Notes: generated by a model from the sequence alone, not told the origin. A stretch of DNA of 64,000 nt from Octopus sinensis (GCF_006345805.1 NC_043006.1:5270001-5334000), one strand, 5' to 3'; positions 1-12,160 are shown, counted from the first letter of the stretch. Translations and numbers: made by a program.

Positions 1-540
1 TTTATAAATGTCCAGAAAATATATATTTACATTGCCAAAGCAAAGTATTCCAAAGCAAAGGATTAAATGCAAAATAAAATCAAAAATAAGTAAAACTAAT
101 GACACATCCGCTAACCAATAGATTTCTTCTATATGATTACTTCTTTTTGTGAACCTATAAAAAACTATCCCATGGCACATCTAAATATATGCATCTGTTT
201 ACAAAGTTCTACACGCATGAAAAAATTCTAAATAAAAGTAACCCTAAATTTAATCAATAAAAAATATCCTCCATTACAACACACCATGCAATCTAAATAT
301 TATTGAACCAAATCCCACAAACCCAGAAAAAGAAATTTAACTCAACAGCGACTATATAAAGACAAGATTAACTTAATGCATCACAGTCGGGTGATGGGTT
401 AGTTGACCGAAATTTCGAAGTTACTGTCAACACTATTCTTGTTGAAGGATAATAAATTTGTAGTCCACAAAAATAAGTCGTAACCATTCAGATTAATGTA
501 AATTTGTTTCTATTTTAACTAAACATTAAAACAAAGATAT
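1..540 (+). mobile_element. highly decayed Penelope-like element 3' remnant ending in a degenerate hammerhead motif
   Basis: 383-427 reads ACAGT..GTGATG-GGTTA gt TGACC-GAAA-TTTCGAAG-TT-ACTGT, i.e. stems I/II/III with a broken core. The upstream sequence has only weak RT-thumb-like resemblance. Confidence 0.3.
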
Positions 541-559
541 ATCTTTGTGTATATATGTG

Positions 560-602
<43 letters not shown>

Positions 603-606
603 ACAT

Positions 607-637
<31 letters not shown>

Positions 638-639
638 AA

Positions 640-1640
640 TAGGGAGAGTTTACGAAAAAAACAAAAGACGAAGACAGGCGGTGTACAAAACAAACAGATG
701 TATTAGTATAACGCTCAGGAATAGAAAAAGTCTTTTACGTTTCTAGCCTACGCTCTTCTACAGAAAGGAACACAGAAAGAAACAAGGAGATAAAAAATGT
801 GTGTAGTGGCTAACGATCTATCATGGCGACTAAATACATACCTGTGCACAAGCGGGCGCGCACACACACATACACACATAACATTTTGTGTTTGCATGAA
901 GAGACTAGTTCAGTTTCTGTTCAGAATTTGGTTCTTGAATGTGAGTATATGGTAGGATTCATTACTACCATAATTAGCAGGCTTTGTTGTTAACTTGGTG
1001 TAGTTGTGCGTGTGAAAGTATGAAAGCATTTTTCATCTGATGCTAGTAGAAGTATCTTTAATTTAGGTGTTCATATACGTTTGAATAATTATGTATAATT
1101 TTCCTATTTGGGTTAAGAAAAGTGTGCGTGTGATGATTGTACTGTGTCTTGAACTAGCTTGCTTTAGATTTTATATATGTAGATGGCACTTGGTGTCATG
1201 TTCGTGGTTACTGTTACGCTATAGACAGTTTTGCTTGAGAGACAGTTTCCTTCAGGAGGACAGGATAAAGGTGTTCTACAATTGCAATTGTTAATATGTG
1301 TGTAAATTAAGTTGTCGCTTTTTGAGAGGTTTTGGTGGTTGGAATTGGCTACAGTTTTTCAAAGTTGTTGGATGTGGAATATAACAATTTTCCGTTGCAT
1401 TTTTTTATTAGTTTGAAGTAATTATGGTCGGGATGGAAGTGTAGTAGTTTGAAAAAGGATTTAGCTATCGGTGTGGAGGCTAAACCAGGTTATTTTACTT
1501 TTACGTTTTCTAATTTTTATTTATTGTGGGAGGTTTTTTGTTTACATACCGTGATGTAGATAACTCTTCCAGTCTTTAGGTGACTTTCGGTCTTTCCTGT
1601 CAGTTAATTTTTTGTCCGCTACAGTTTTAATCTTTATGCA
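640..1640 (-). mobile_element. Penelope-like retroelement 3' fragment: decayed GIY-YIG endonuclease plus hammerhead-bearing terminal repeat
   Basis: Manual minus-strand translation gives CNCRTPLSCPPEGNCLSSKTVYSVTV, FKTQYNHHTHTF and ILNR/ELVSSCKHK, the Zn-knuckle/GIY-YIG signature of Naiad-type PLEs. A hammerhead-like motif at 732-767 lies downstream on the same strand. Confidence 0.75.
732..767 (-). ncRNA. minimal type-I hammerhead motif, degenerate core
   Basis: Reverse complement: CTTT-CTGTAGA-AGAGC gtag GCTA-GAAACGTA-AAAG. Confidence 0.55.
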
Positions 1641-1729
1641 CTCCCATGCCGTTGACTGTTCAGCAATACATAATAAAGCTCTTCCTGAAAAAAGGAGACA
1701 TAAAAATCGTCAAATTTAGCCCGGACACC

Positions 1730-1812
1730 TCTCTCTCCCCCTCTCTTTTTTCTCTCTCTCTCTCTTTCTCTCTCTCTTTTTTCTCTCTCTCTCCCTCTTT
1801 TTTCTCTCTCTC

Positions 1813-1849
<37 letters not shown>

Positions 1850-1969
1850 ATAAAAACGGTAAGATAGCAGAAGAAAGAGATCTCGATATTATGTAAATAG
1901 AGGAATTTATCTTGGCTACCGAATAATTGTCACATATTACATTATATACATACATACAACATACATACA

Positions 1970-2005
<36 letters not shown>

Positions 2006-2016
2006 TATTATATATA

Positions 2017-2059
<43 letters not shown>

Positions 2060-2070
2060 TATATATATAT
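1730..2070. repeat. compound microsatellite (TC)n/(TA)n/(TACA)n with a ~95-bp unique insert at ~1848-1943
   Basis: Seen directly in sequence. Confidence 0.9.
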
Positions 2071-2683
2071 AAAGTTAGATAAGGCCGGTTTGTGGGATTG
2101 CTCTGGGTTTCACGTCCATAAAGTGCTTAGCCAAATGAGAGGCTAACAAACATCAACATACCCCTTTGTCACCCACCCATTGTGTTAAAAAACCTGGTGA
2201 AGGGTGTTAGCAAGAGGTTCCCGAACATTTCCTCCAGCCAAATGATTTTTGATGCAGTAGCCCTCTACTATAACGAGGCTGTAGCTGCTAGTAGATTTAA
2301 GGACAGTATCCCTTACATGCCGGGCCCCAACATCCGTAGAAGGAAGCGTCGCAGAAATATCATTTGGTTTCCCTGCCCCTTCTCTCTTAAAGTAAAAAAA
2401 CGTCTGTAGGTAGGATATTCCTTAAGTTTAAAGATAAACATTCCACACGTTCACATAGGTAGGGACGCATTGTCAATAGGTACAACATTAAGGTCTCTTT
2501 TAGTTGTGCCCCCAATATTAAGGGCATTCTAGTTAGCATCGCTAGACCACGAGCGGGGGCAGGATGGTCATGCAGGGAAGCTCATTAGGCAGGATGCCCA
2601 TCCCTGAGAGGCCACTGCGAAACCAAGGGAATCATCTATGAAGCTGAGGCACTGGCTGACCCTAATAGCAGCATCAACATCAG

Positions 2684-3062
2684 TGGAGGCGCAATGGCCC
2701 AATGGTTAGAGCAGCAGACTCGCGGTCGGAGGATCGCAGTTTCGATTCCCAGACCGGGCATTGTGTGTGTTTATTGAGCGAAAACACCTAAAACTCCACT
2801 AGGCTCCAGCAGGGGGTGGTGGCGACCCCTGTTGTACTCTTTCGCTTCAACTTTCTCTCACTCTTTCTTCATGTTTCCTGTCCCCGACTTCCTACGCAAT
2901 CGCTGAGCCTATTCATCCATCCGTCGATGCTCTCGGTGTTGGGGGTTGACCTGCTTTCTCTTCTGCGGGTCTTACGAATAGCAAAGGACCACGTTTCGGA
3001 CTTCTCCCACCCTGGAACGAAGACCGCTTCGCTCAACAAACTAACAACCAAACAAACAAACA
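2684..3062 (+). mobile_element. tRNA-derived SINE family A, tail variant ending in (AAAC)n
   Basis: Head GGAGGCGCAATGGCCCAATGGTTAGAGC..GTTTCGATTCCC with Pol III A/B boxes is shared with 4697-5077, but the 3' half differs. Confidence 0.85.
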
Positions 3063-3391
3063 AGCAGCAACAGCAGCAACTTCCCCAGCGGCCACTTCAA
3101 TAGCAGGGATGACATTACCAATAGTAGCAGCGGCAGAGATACAAACAGGACCGGCAACAGCACCATCGCCAACGATAACATCACCGACAACAATGGCAGT
3201 ATCCCTAACGAAAAAGCAGCAGAGACATCACCAATAATATCTATAACGACAGTGACAGCGCCTCCATCAACGATGATTACCATAACAACAACAGCACCAC
3301 CGTTACCAACACCAGTAGTTATGGCACTAACACCATCGCCACTTCCAATGACGCCAACACCAACAGCACTAGTATCAACAACAGCAGAAGC

Positions 3392-3454
3392 TGGGATCCG
3401 ATGATACGCTGTAAATATAAGCGCTTTATGAGCGTGAAACCCAGAGTAACCCCA
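3392..3454 (+). ncRNA. type-I hammerhead motif in PLE terminal repeat (CCGAUGA core variant, long stem II)
   Basis: TGGGAT-CCGATGA-TACGCT..AGCGT-GAAA-CCCAGAG-TA-ACCCCA. Confidence 0.6.
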
Positions 3455-3564
3455 TAAACCAGCCTTATCTAACTTAATATAATATATTGTTCTACAACTT
3501 AGAGTGTGCTTCTTTTTTGGATACAGGTTTCACCGATGATATATATATATATATATATATATAT

Positions 3565-3975
3565 GGCGCAAGAGTGGCTGTGTGGTAAGTAGCTTGCTTA
3601 CCAACCACATGGTTCCGGGTTCAGTCCCACTGCGTGGCATCTTGGGCAAGTGTCTTCTGCTATAGCCCCGGACCGACCAATGCCTTGTGAGTGGATTTGG
3701 TAGACGGAAAGTGAAAGAAGCCTGTCGTATATATGTATATATATATAAGTGTGTGTGTGTATATGTTTGTGTGTCTGTGTTTGTCCCCCTAGCATTGCTT
3801 GACAACTGATGCTGGTGTGTTTACGTCGCCGTCACTTAGCGGTTCGGCAAAAGAGACCGATAGAATAAGTACTGGGCTTACAAAGAATAAGTCCCGGGGT
3901 CGATTTGCTCGACTAAAGGCGGTGCTCCAGCATGGCCGCAGTCAAATGACTGAAACAAGAGAAAGAGTAAAAGAG
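3565..3975 (+). mobile_element. tRNA-derived SINE family C with internal microsatellite
   Basis: GGCGCAAGAGTGGCTGTGTGGTAAG..GGTTCAGTCCC head, TTGGGCAAGTGTCTT core and AAAGAGTAAAAGAG tail; more than 10 copies in the window. Confidence 0.9.
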
Positions 3976-4160
3976 TATATATAGTGTTAGAAGCAGCTAT
4001 ATAATGTAAACATTACGGATGTCACATGCTTAAAGTATGTCAAACGCTTTTTGGCTGCGGAATATCATCCATGGAAATTTCCTTTAAAAAGGTAGAGTGC
4101 TAAAAAAACAAAGTATGCTTCAAAGCCAGGTAAAACCAATCGCCCCAGAGGTAGTTGAGA

Positions 4161-4208
4161 ACGACAGATATGAATATTTCGCAGTTTTTTTCTGCTCATC
4201 GGTGTCGT
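4161..4208 (-). ncRNA. type-I hammerhead ribozyme motif
   Basis: Reverse complement: ACGACA-CCGATGA-GCAG a7 CTGC-GAAA-TAT tc ATA-TC-TGTCGT. All three stems pair perfectly and the core has one U4C change. Confidence 0.75.
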
Positions 4209-4696
4209 ATACTCGGTTTACTCTCAACGAATTCGAATCGGGATAAATTTGATACTTTCTCATGTTGTTAGATCTTCATCAGAGAAAACATTTCCATTCA
4301 CATTATCTATTCACAGAAAGTTGATTAGTTTCTGCTAATTTATTAAACTAAATACATCCGTTTAATTCATAGTGTATGCGCTGACAACCTGGATTAATTA
4401 ATTAATAGTTTATTATAGAGTGTTCTCTTTGTTTTTCGTTTCTGATAAATTGAATTGCAATCAATGTATATTGTCCCTGATTACAGTTTAAACGATTAGG
4501 CAGAAATCACATCGCGTCTGTGCGGCTCGGCCGGCTACGCGATGCTCTGTTTTAATTAGACTGTCGGATTCCCGCGTTCCGTATCAGTTCGGAGTCGACC
4601 GTTCGCCGCCGGTCGAACGCCTGCCGACCCCAACTAGACAAGCAGTATAATTCTGTTGGAGTTGTGATTTGCAGTCGATAACCAATAAAGATAATG

Positions 4697-5077
4697 GAAG
4701 CACTCCGTCGGTTACGACGACGAGGGTTCCGGTTGATTCGAATCAACGGAACAGCCTACTCGTGAAATTAACGTGCAAGTGGCTGAGCACCCCACAGACA
4801 CGTGTACCCTTAACGTAGTTCTCGGGGATATTCAGCGTGACATAGAGAGTGACAAGGCCGGCCCTTTGAAATACAGGTACAACAGAAACAGGAAGTAAGA
4901 GTGAGAGAAAGTTGTGGTGAAAGAATACAGCAGGGACCACCACCATCCCCTGTCGGAGCCTCGTGGAGCTTTAGGTGTTTTCGCTCAATAAACACTCACA
5001 ACGCCCGGTCTGGGAATCGAAACCGCGATCCTATGACCGCGAGTCCGCTGCCCTAACCACTGGGCCATTGCGCCTCC
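4697..5077 (-). mobile_element. SINE family A, full length, with 13-bp TSD
   Basis: AATAAAGATAATG at 4684-4696 and 5078-5090; near-identical to 22151-22537 and 40653-41038. Confidence 0.92.
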
Positions 5078-5592
5078 AATAAAGATAATGTTCTACAAGG
5101 GAAACAGAGGAAAGAACCTGTTTCAGTGTGAGTTAAAAAAAAATACTTGTGCCTTCTCTGGTAGCATTAGTAATACACAGCAACTCATGAGTTTGTGGTA
5201 CGGTAAAGATTTGTCAACATCATTGCAATCTTCAGTTGACAAATGATGAAGAGGATGTCCCAGAGTACTGACTGTAATAAAATATATTGGGTTATATAAT
5301 GATAATGAAATTATTGTATACAGTGCTTAGGTGCACCACAACTTGTCAAAAGTGCGTATAAAGCATATGCAGTAATGTACAAATGTCTGGGAAGTGAACA
5401 GTGTATGAGTCAGATAGATGCTGGCTTGTGTATGGAGGGGAGAAAGATCAGGTGTAGTGTTGGCGAATCTCAGGAAGCATGGAAGTTTTGAAGGATGCAA
5501 AACCACATGTATGCAGTGAAATAATGCAACCTGCTGTTGAAATAGTATCAAAATGAATGCTTTACATATACTCTCTACTTATTTGTATTCGT

Positions 5593-5758
5593 GGTGCAGG
5601 CATGGCTATGGGGTTCAGAAGCTCACTTTGCAAACAAGTGGTTTTGGTTTCAGTCCCATCGTGCGGCACCTTGGCCAAGTGTCTTCTATAGTTTCAGGTC
5701 AATCGAAGCCTTTTGAGTGAATACGGTAAGCAGAAATTGCGTGGAAGCACATTATGTG

Positions 5759-5793
<35 letters not shown>

Positions 5794-6045
5794 GCGCGCG
5801 TACGTGTGCGTTTGTGCACGCGTGTGTCTGTGACTTTGTATTCGTGTTTGTCCCCACTATTACTTGAATGCCGGAATCAGTTCGTTTACTTTTCCGTAAC
5901 TTAGCGGTTGGGTAAAAGACACCGATAGAATAAGTACCAGACTTAAAAGATAAGTACTAGGGTTGATTTATTCGACTAAACCCTCTACGGTGGTATCCCA
6001 GCATGGCCGGGGTCCAATGACTGAAACAAGTAAAGATTAAAAGAT
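5593..6045 (+). mobile_element. SINE family C, diverged copy
   Basis: Colinear similarity to 3565-3975 with internal (TG)n. Confidence 0.8.
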
Positions 6046-6932
6046 GAAGATGAATAATGTGAAATCATAAGATTTTTCACCAAGCATTACTTGATCCATT
6101 CATCCATAGAAACATGAAGATGAACTTCCTAAAACCTTAATTTCCCTACGAATACAAGGAGTTGGATGGCTTCTAGTAATTTCTGTAGTTTGTCAACAAT
6201 TGTATCGCTTCAAGAAATCTTAATTAATTCAGAACTTGTTCGCAGCATAAAAAGAATCAAAAAAATTTAATTGGAAGTTCACGTTTCACACGTGTGTAAC
6301 TCTTGTGAATTTTAAACGAGCCGAGATTTTCCATTTCGTCGTAAAGGGAAGCGTCTATTCATTCATAAAATGGCATATTTTTGTGAAATGAAAAAGGAAT
6401 AGTACAACTGTTTCGTGTGTATTTATTTACTGCTAAACGTTAAGTATTTATTAACTCCTAAATGTTTGAAGACTGTACTGAATGGGCTTTGAAGTGAGAG
6501 CTGACAGTCATTGAACCATTGATAAGATCGCTTAGATGGTGACGTCATTGAAGTTTCGGTACGACAAAACCACATGTACGTTGTCTGTTTGGACAGCTTT
6601 CTGATTGTCTCTGCTGTCGCAGTAGATCCCTCTTCCACTTTTTGCTTTAATTTGGGCCAAAGCGTAAACAATGACATCGACTGGAATATCTCTCTCGTAT
6701 CTATTGCAAATACAATTTCTACAGAATATTAAGTGTGTTTATTGTATATAAATTAATATTATTACTGTGTATAAATGTTAATTTAATGTTATTTATTGTC
6801 ACGAACGTAGACTATATTATACAATGATATATAATTCTTATTTTTGTTTCTTATCATTCGTGAATTTATGTTTGACTACACCGTATCATTTTGGATTAGG
6901 AATAGTGTGAGCGGCAAATGATATAATGATAA

Positions 6933-7012
6933 TACATACATACACACATACATACATACATACATACATACATGCATACATACATTAATACATACATACA
7001 TGCATACATACA

Positions 7013-7043
<31 letters not shown>

Positions 7044-7092
7044 GTACATACACACATACATACATACATACATACATACATACATGCATACA

Positions 7093-7126
<34 letters not shown>

Positions 7127-7552
7127 CATACATACATACATACACACGCATACATACATGCATACATACATACATACATACATGCATGCATACATTAATA
7201 CATACATACATACATACATACATGCATACATACATTCATACATACATACATACACACGCATACATACATACATGCATACATACATACATACATACATGCA
7301 TACATGCATACATACATACATTCATACATACATACATACATACATACATACATACATACATACATACATACATACATGCATACATACATGCATGCATGCA
7401 TACATACATACATACATACATACATACATACATACATACATACATACATACATACATACATACATACATGCATACATACATACATACATGCATACATACA
7501 TTAATACATGCATACATACATACATACATACATACATACATACATACATACA

Positions 7553-7588
<36 letters not shown>

Positions 7589-7620
7589 TACATACGTACA
7601 TATATGCATATATATATATG
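6933..7620. repeat. long (TACA)n tetranucleotide microsatellite with variant units
   Basis: Seen directly in sequence. Confidence 0.97.
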
Positions 7621-8439
7621 TACTCGGCTACACTAATATAGAATTAAATATTATAGAATTAATCTAGGAGTAAACGGAGAATGAATGTTTATATTTAAAC
7701 CAAATGGGAATTCAGATTAAAAAAATAACATATGAGAGAGTCATAAGTACCCAGGAGGTGTTCACGTCTGATTGTTTTTCGTATGTCCTGTGTGTCTGCA
7801 TAAAAACTGAAATGTTTTCACTATAAACATATACATGCATACTCATTTACATACAGATGACAAGGAGAGAAAAAAGAGAAAAAACATATAATGTACTGGA
7901 GTGGATTCTTCATACAATAAAAGTGATTATGTGACATTCACTTCAGGTACATGCCCCTAAAACAGTTTTACAATAGAATTTATTGAATGTAGGTGGTGTG
8001 TTACAGGGTAAGCATTTTGTAATGTATACAGACACTAGAGGTTTCTGGTCTCAGGACACACAATGTTATCTTTGAAAATATTGTTGTTGTTAAGCTGTAG
8101 ATTATGAAATGGTAGAAATAAGAAAATGAGAAATTAATAGAGTATTTATAGATTTCATTCTTCTGTGTCAACAACAAACTGTTGGTGGATCGCAGAAGCG
8201 CCAAAGCGTCGATTTCAGTGTTTTGCACTATTGTCCCTCAACGCCCAAAGGTCAATGGAGTCCATAATAAAATCGTGCTACATGGAATAATCAAAAATAT
8301 TTGACTGTCTCGCTCTTGAAATTGGTATTCGTGTATTGTTCTTAGAATTTTTTTATGCATAGGGTAAAGTGGAAAGTATTGCAGTGGAAAGTAAACTCCC
8401 ATCGAATCAAAATTCTAATTTCGCTTAAAATTTCTTCGT

Positions 8440-8679
8440 TTAATTTCGTTTTTGGATTTAGTTTGCAAGATTCTTTATATGAGTTCGTGTTTTGAAGCAT
8501 ATTCTGTTGTGTCTGGGGAGAGTCATTTTCTTATTGTGTCAAAACTATTGAAAAGGTTGCAAGACGCAACGAAAATTTTAGGAGAAAAGGAAAATAAAAT
8601 AAGAAATAAGTGGGAATTTTACCGGTGAGTGTGTTACATTATAAGGCACAAAAAGAAAATGACTCTCCCCAGACACAAC
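8440..8679. mobile_element. short element with 35-bp inverted duplication and hammerhead-like motif (probable PLE terminal-repeat relic)
   Basis: 8506-8540 is nearly the reverse complement of 8645-8679. 8545-8580 reads CTATTGA-AAAG-GTTGC aagac GCAAC-GAAAATTTTA. Confidence 0.45.
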
Positions 8680-9308
8680 TCTTCGTTAAAGTTTTAGTAA
8701 AAAGGAAAATGACATTAAAAGTTATAACTTACTTTGTCAAATTTATCCATGTCTTTGTAAGAAATAAGATGATTTAAAAGTAAATTTAAACCATTTAAAA
8801 CTTTGATTTAAGTTTAAGATTTAAGTTTTAAAGTCAGAAAATATTCGTAATAGTCGGAAGTGTTTTCAATGATGCTGGGCTAGAATTACGAAACAGAGGT
8901 AACTTTGTGAATTTTGTCTCTCAATACTCTTTAGTAATACTTTTACTAGTAAAATACTGCTAATTCAAATGGATATTTCATTTAGGTGTGTTTGTGAATA
9001 GTTTTATTCCAAATGATGGCTGAGTTAGATAGTGATAATTTGGAGGGTTTTTTTTAATGAAGATTCTGCGCTTTTATCGAGGGTAAACTGAAATGATAGA
9101 AGTGTTTCTGTGAATTAAACTATGCCAATTGATTCTCTTGTAACAACATTTATAGTTTCATAATAAGTGCAGGGACAACGCCCAATATACATGCAGATAG
9201 TTGTAATAGAAAGAAAAATGACAGCAACCAATACAACCACGTGTTTCACTAGAATCAATGTTATAATCATTATGGAAATACTTGCTTTATCATATTTCTC
9301 TAGTTAAA

Positions 9309-9543
9309 GGCGGCGAGCTGGCAGAAACGTTAGCGTGCCGGGCGAAATGCTTAGCGGTATTTCGTCTATCGTTACGTTCTGAGTTCAAATTCCGCCGAGA
9401 TCGACTTTGCCTTTCATCCTTTCGAGGTCGATAAATTAAGTACCAGTTACGCACTGGGGTCGATGTAATCGACTTAATCCCTTTGTCTGTCCTTGTTTGT
9501 CTCCTCTATGTTTAGCCCCTTGTGGGCAGTAAAGAAATAAATA
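9309..9543 (+). mobile_element. tRNA-derived SINE family B with 18-bp TSD
   Basis: TSD CATATTTCTCTAGTTAAA at 9291-9308 and 9544-9561. Central GCCTTTCATCCTTTCG..GTCGATAAATTAAGTACCAG resembles the MetaSINE-type conserved domain (from memory). Confidence 0.92.
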
Positions 9544-9787
9544 CATATTTCTCTAGTTAAATGAGTCATAATATAAATAAACCATTAGGTTTTCAACATT
9601 AGCTACTAACATTATAAATTATCATAATTTGAGTGGTTTTACTGTTTCTGCACTGCCAAAAAATGTGAATGTGATGTCTGAGACTGTGTCATAGTTGGCA
9701 ATCAGTAGAATTAGGAGCAGGATTGGTTTGTGCTCTGAAAGTTCATGGATTAGGGTAGGAGAAACGATATTGTAAGCGGTATTGAAA

Positions 9788-10023
9788 GGCGGCGAGCTGG
9801 CAGAATCGTTAGCGTGCCGGGCGAAATGCTTAGCGGTATTTCGTCTGCCGCTACGTTCTGAGTTCAAATTCCGCCGAGGTCGACTTTGCCTTTCATCCTT
9901 TCGGGGTCGATTAAATAAGTACCAGTTACGCACTGGGGTCGATGTTATCGACTTAATCCGTTTGTCTGTCCTTGTTTGTCCTCTCTGTGTTTAGCCCCTT
10001 GTGGGTAGTAAAGGAATAGGTAT
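9788..10023 (+). mobile_element. SINE family B
   Basis: Near-identical to 9309-9543. Confidence 0.9.
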
Positions 10024-11591
10024 TAAATTTCGCCCATTTACATCCTGAATTAAAACCATACTTTTGTAGACTTAATTTTCATCACCTTGCAATCGATAAA
10101 ATAAGTAACAGGTATAGTACGGATCGATTTAAGATTGCGTCTAACTCTTCAAATTGTGTCACTTCAATAAACTAGTAATTTCGTCTTCGTCTAATTTGCC
10201 AAGAATAACCTACATGTACAAACTGGCTCGGTGGCTCAGAGATGCTGGTTGTATTTATACGGTTTTATTTCCTTTCAGTAGACGACTAAGATGAAGTTAA
10301 AACTGCAAAATTTAAGTTAGGAGTTAATGGAGCCGCGAATTTAAGTTTTTGGATTCTGAATCAGTGTTTGATAGATTCTCCAAGCGCTGAAATTAATATA
10401 AAAATAAACAAAAAAATATTACTATTGGTTTGTACCAGAACGTTTTCTAAAAACTCACTGAATGTGTCATAAAATTATAATCTGATACCAGGAGGTGTAA
10501 CAGTATAGATAATCTTTACATGGGATCGGTCTATTTTATGTTCGTTTTGAAGATTGATGTCTATTGACAAATCGTAGGCAGGGCGAACACACAAGGTGTC
10601 AGTACTGTGTTGGAGGGAGAGAAGGATTGGTCAAATGTCTAGTACAGGATCTAATCAGGCTGTAAAGTGGGCTTAGTGCTAGGAATACACAGCTTAATAG
10701 AGAGGAATTGGAATAATTTTAATAATCATAATAAAGACAGAAAGACATCAGAGGAGCGCTTTAGAAGCTTAGGGTTGTAATGGGTTGATGAGTGAGGTTT
10801 TGCTAATCATAAGTGTAGCTTTTTTTTAGGATACAATCTAAAGTGTTGATTGTGTACCGACTCCACTTCTTCATATCTATTAGCTGTATTCTAAAGTGTG
10901 TGTTGTGGGGACAATGAATTTTGCAGAGAGACATCAAACGATTTGGAAAGGAAGCCTAATATTTGGGGCAGTGAGTTATGTATATATGTGTGTGTGTGTG
11001 TTAAAGTCGAAAGATAGATAGAGGGAAGAGAAGGACGAGGAGAAAGATAGAGAAAGAGAGGGGGGAGAGAAAGAGGTAGTTAAAAAGAGAGAGAGAGAGA
11101 GAGCAGGGAAGTAAGAGACTGTATTAGGAACATACTATGTCATAGTATTCGTAGCAGAAACTCAGGCCCGACCTCTTCTCGGTTGAACTAATCAATAAAA
11201 TGTGAACATTTCGTACATTTTTTTATTCAAGAAAAAATTGGGATAAAATCGAGTAGGAAATATAACTTTGCCTTTAGTTACTGTTTATGAGAGTATCTTG
11301 AGTAAGGAGTATAGAGTAATAGGATAGTGAGAAACTGATGAGTATCCCCAACACATGAGATCAGTATACCTCTTTGCAGTTTGAGTGAGTAGACCATTTA
11401 CAGGTTGTACGCTGCGTGCAAACAATCTTTTGATCTCCTGAAATCACCTTGCAGGAAATTTGATGACAGGTGGATGCCTCTCAATGTCGATGCTGGCTGA
11501 TAGGCGGAATGTTGGCGACTAATTAATGCAACTTGAAGTGGTAGATTGCATAAGTGGGCGGTGGGGGCTCTACGGTTATAGCAGTTAAAAA

Positions 11592-11825
11592 GGCGGCGAG
11601 CTGGCAGAAGCGTTAGCGCGTCGGGCGAAATGCTTAGCAGTATTTCGTCTGCCGCTACGTTCTGAGTTCAAATTCCGCCGAGGTCGACTTTGTCTTTCAT
11701 CCTTTCGGGGTCGATTAAATGAGTACCAGTCACGCACTGGGGTCGTAGTAATCGACTTAATCCGTTTGTCTGTCCTTGTTTGTCCTCTCTGTGTTTAACC
11801 CCTTGTGTTTAGTAAAGAAATAGGT
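11592..11825 (+). mobile_element. SINE family B
   Basis: Near-identical to 9788-10023. Confidence 0.9.
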
Positions 11826-12160
11826 TGCTGTTATTGTTGTTGTGAAGCGCCAGGTTCGATTTGATCGAGCAGACGAATGACACGTAGGGAATCGACTGAA
11901 AGACTTGATACAACTTACTTATCGTTAGTTTTTTCCCCTTAAAAACCTAATTGAGGACCATATTGCACCTTCTGGTTTACATTGAGGAATCTTAAGGATG
12001 TATTTTGTGCTCTTAATATTCTGCAATCGATTTCTGTATCTGCATATCCAGCGGAGGCGATAAAACCATGATAGACCGGGGAATGATCCTTGATATATCT
12101 CTGCGCTTGTAGTTGGTGCTGTGCACTGTAGCCTATTATTTGATGGTAGTGTGGCTATTG

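Larger units (their letters stand above)
2072..3537 (+). mobile_element. Penelope-like element relic (RT thumb, linker, Zn-knuckle of EN) with inverted partial terminal repeat; interrupted by a SINE
   Basis: ORF 2182-2409 region reads HPPIVLKNL..KRRRNIIWFPCPFS, followed by NRYNIKVSFSCAPNI and SCR..CP/LRGHCETKGIIYEAE. 2072-2129 is an imperfect reverse complement of 3418-3475. Flanked by (TA)n on both sides. Confidence 0.85.

Noticed and set aside
5005-5077. tRNA-like sequence with A/B boxes and a CGC anticodon-like loop
   Set aside because: It is the head of SINE family A, continues into a SINE body with a TSD, and lacks a proper acceptor stem.
6423-6720. More complex sequence that might be a host exon or THAP relic
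   Set aside because: No convincing domain motif or splice pattern in the frames I translated.
6876-7667. Long ORFs of [12 protein letters not shown] repeats here and at 16400-19770, 32000-32750, 38700-39375, 47000-47970 and 62800-63310
   Set aside because: These are translations of stop-free microsatellites, not genes.
9622-9994. ORFs recurring with similar peptides (MRNWYL.., RRHLPKVPRSGTEP.., HHNFLSLLLP..)
   Set aside because: Chance ORFs within SINE copies.
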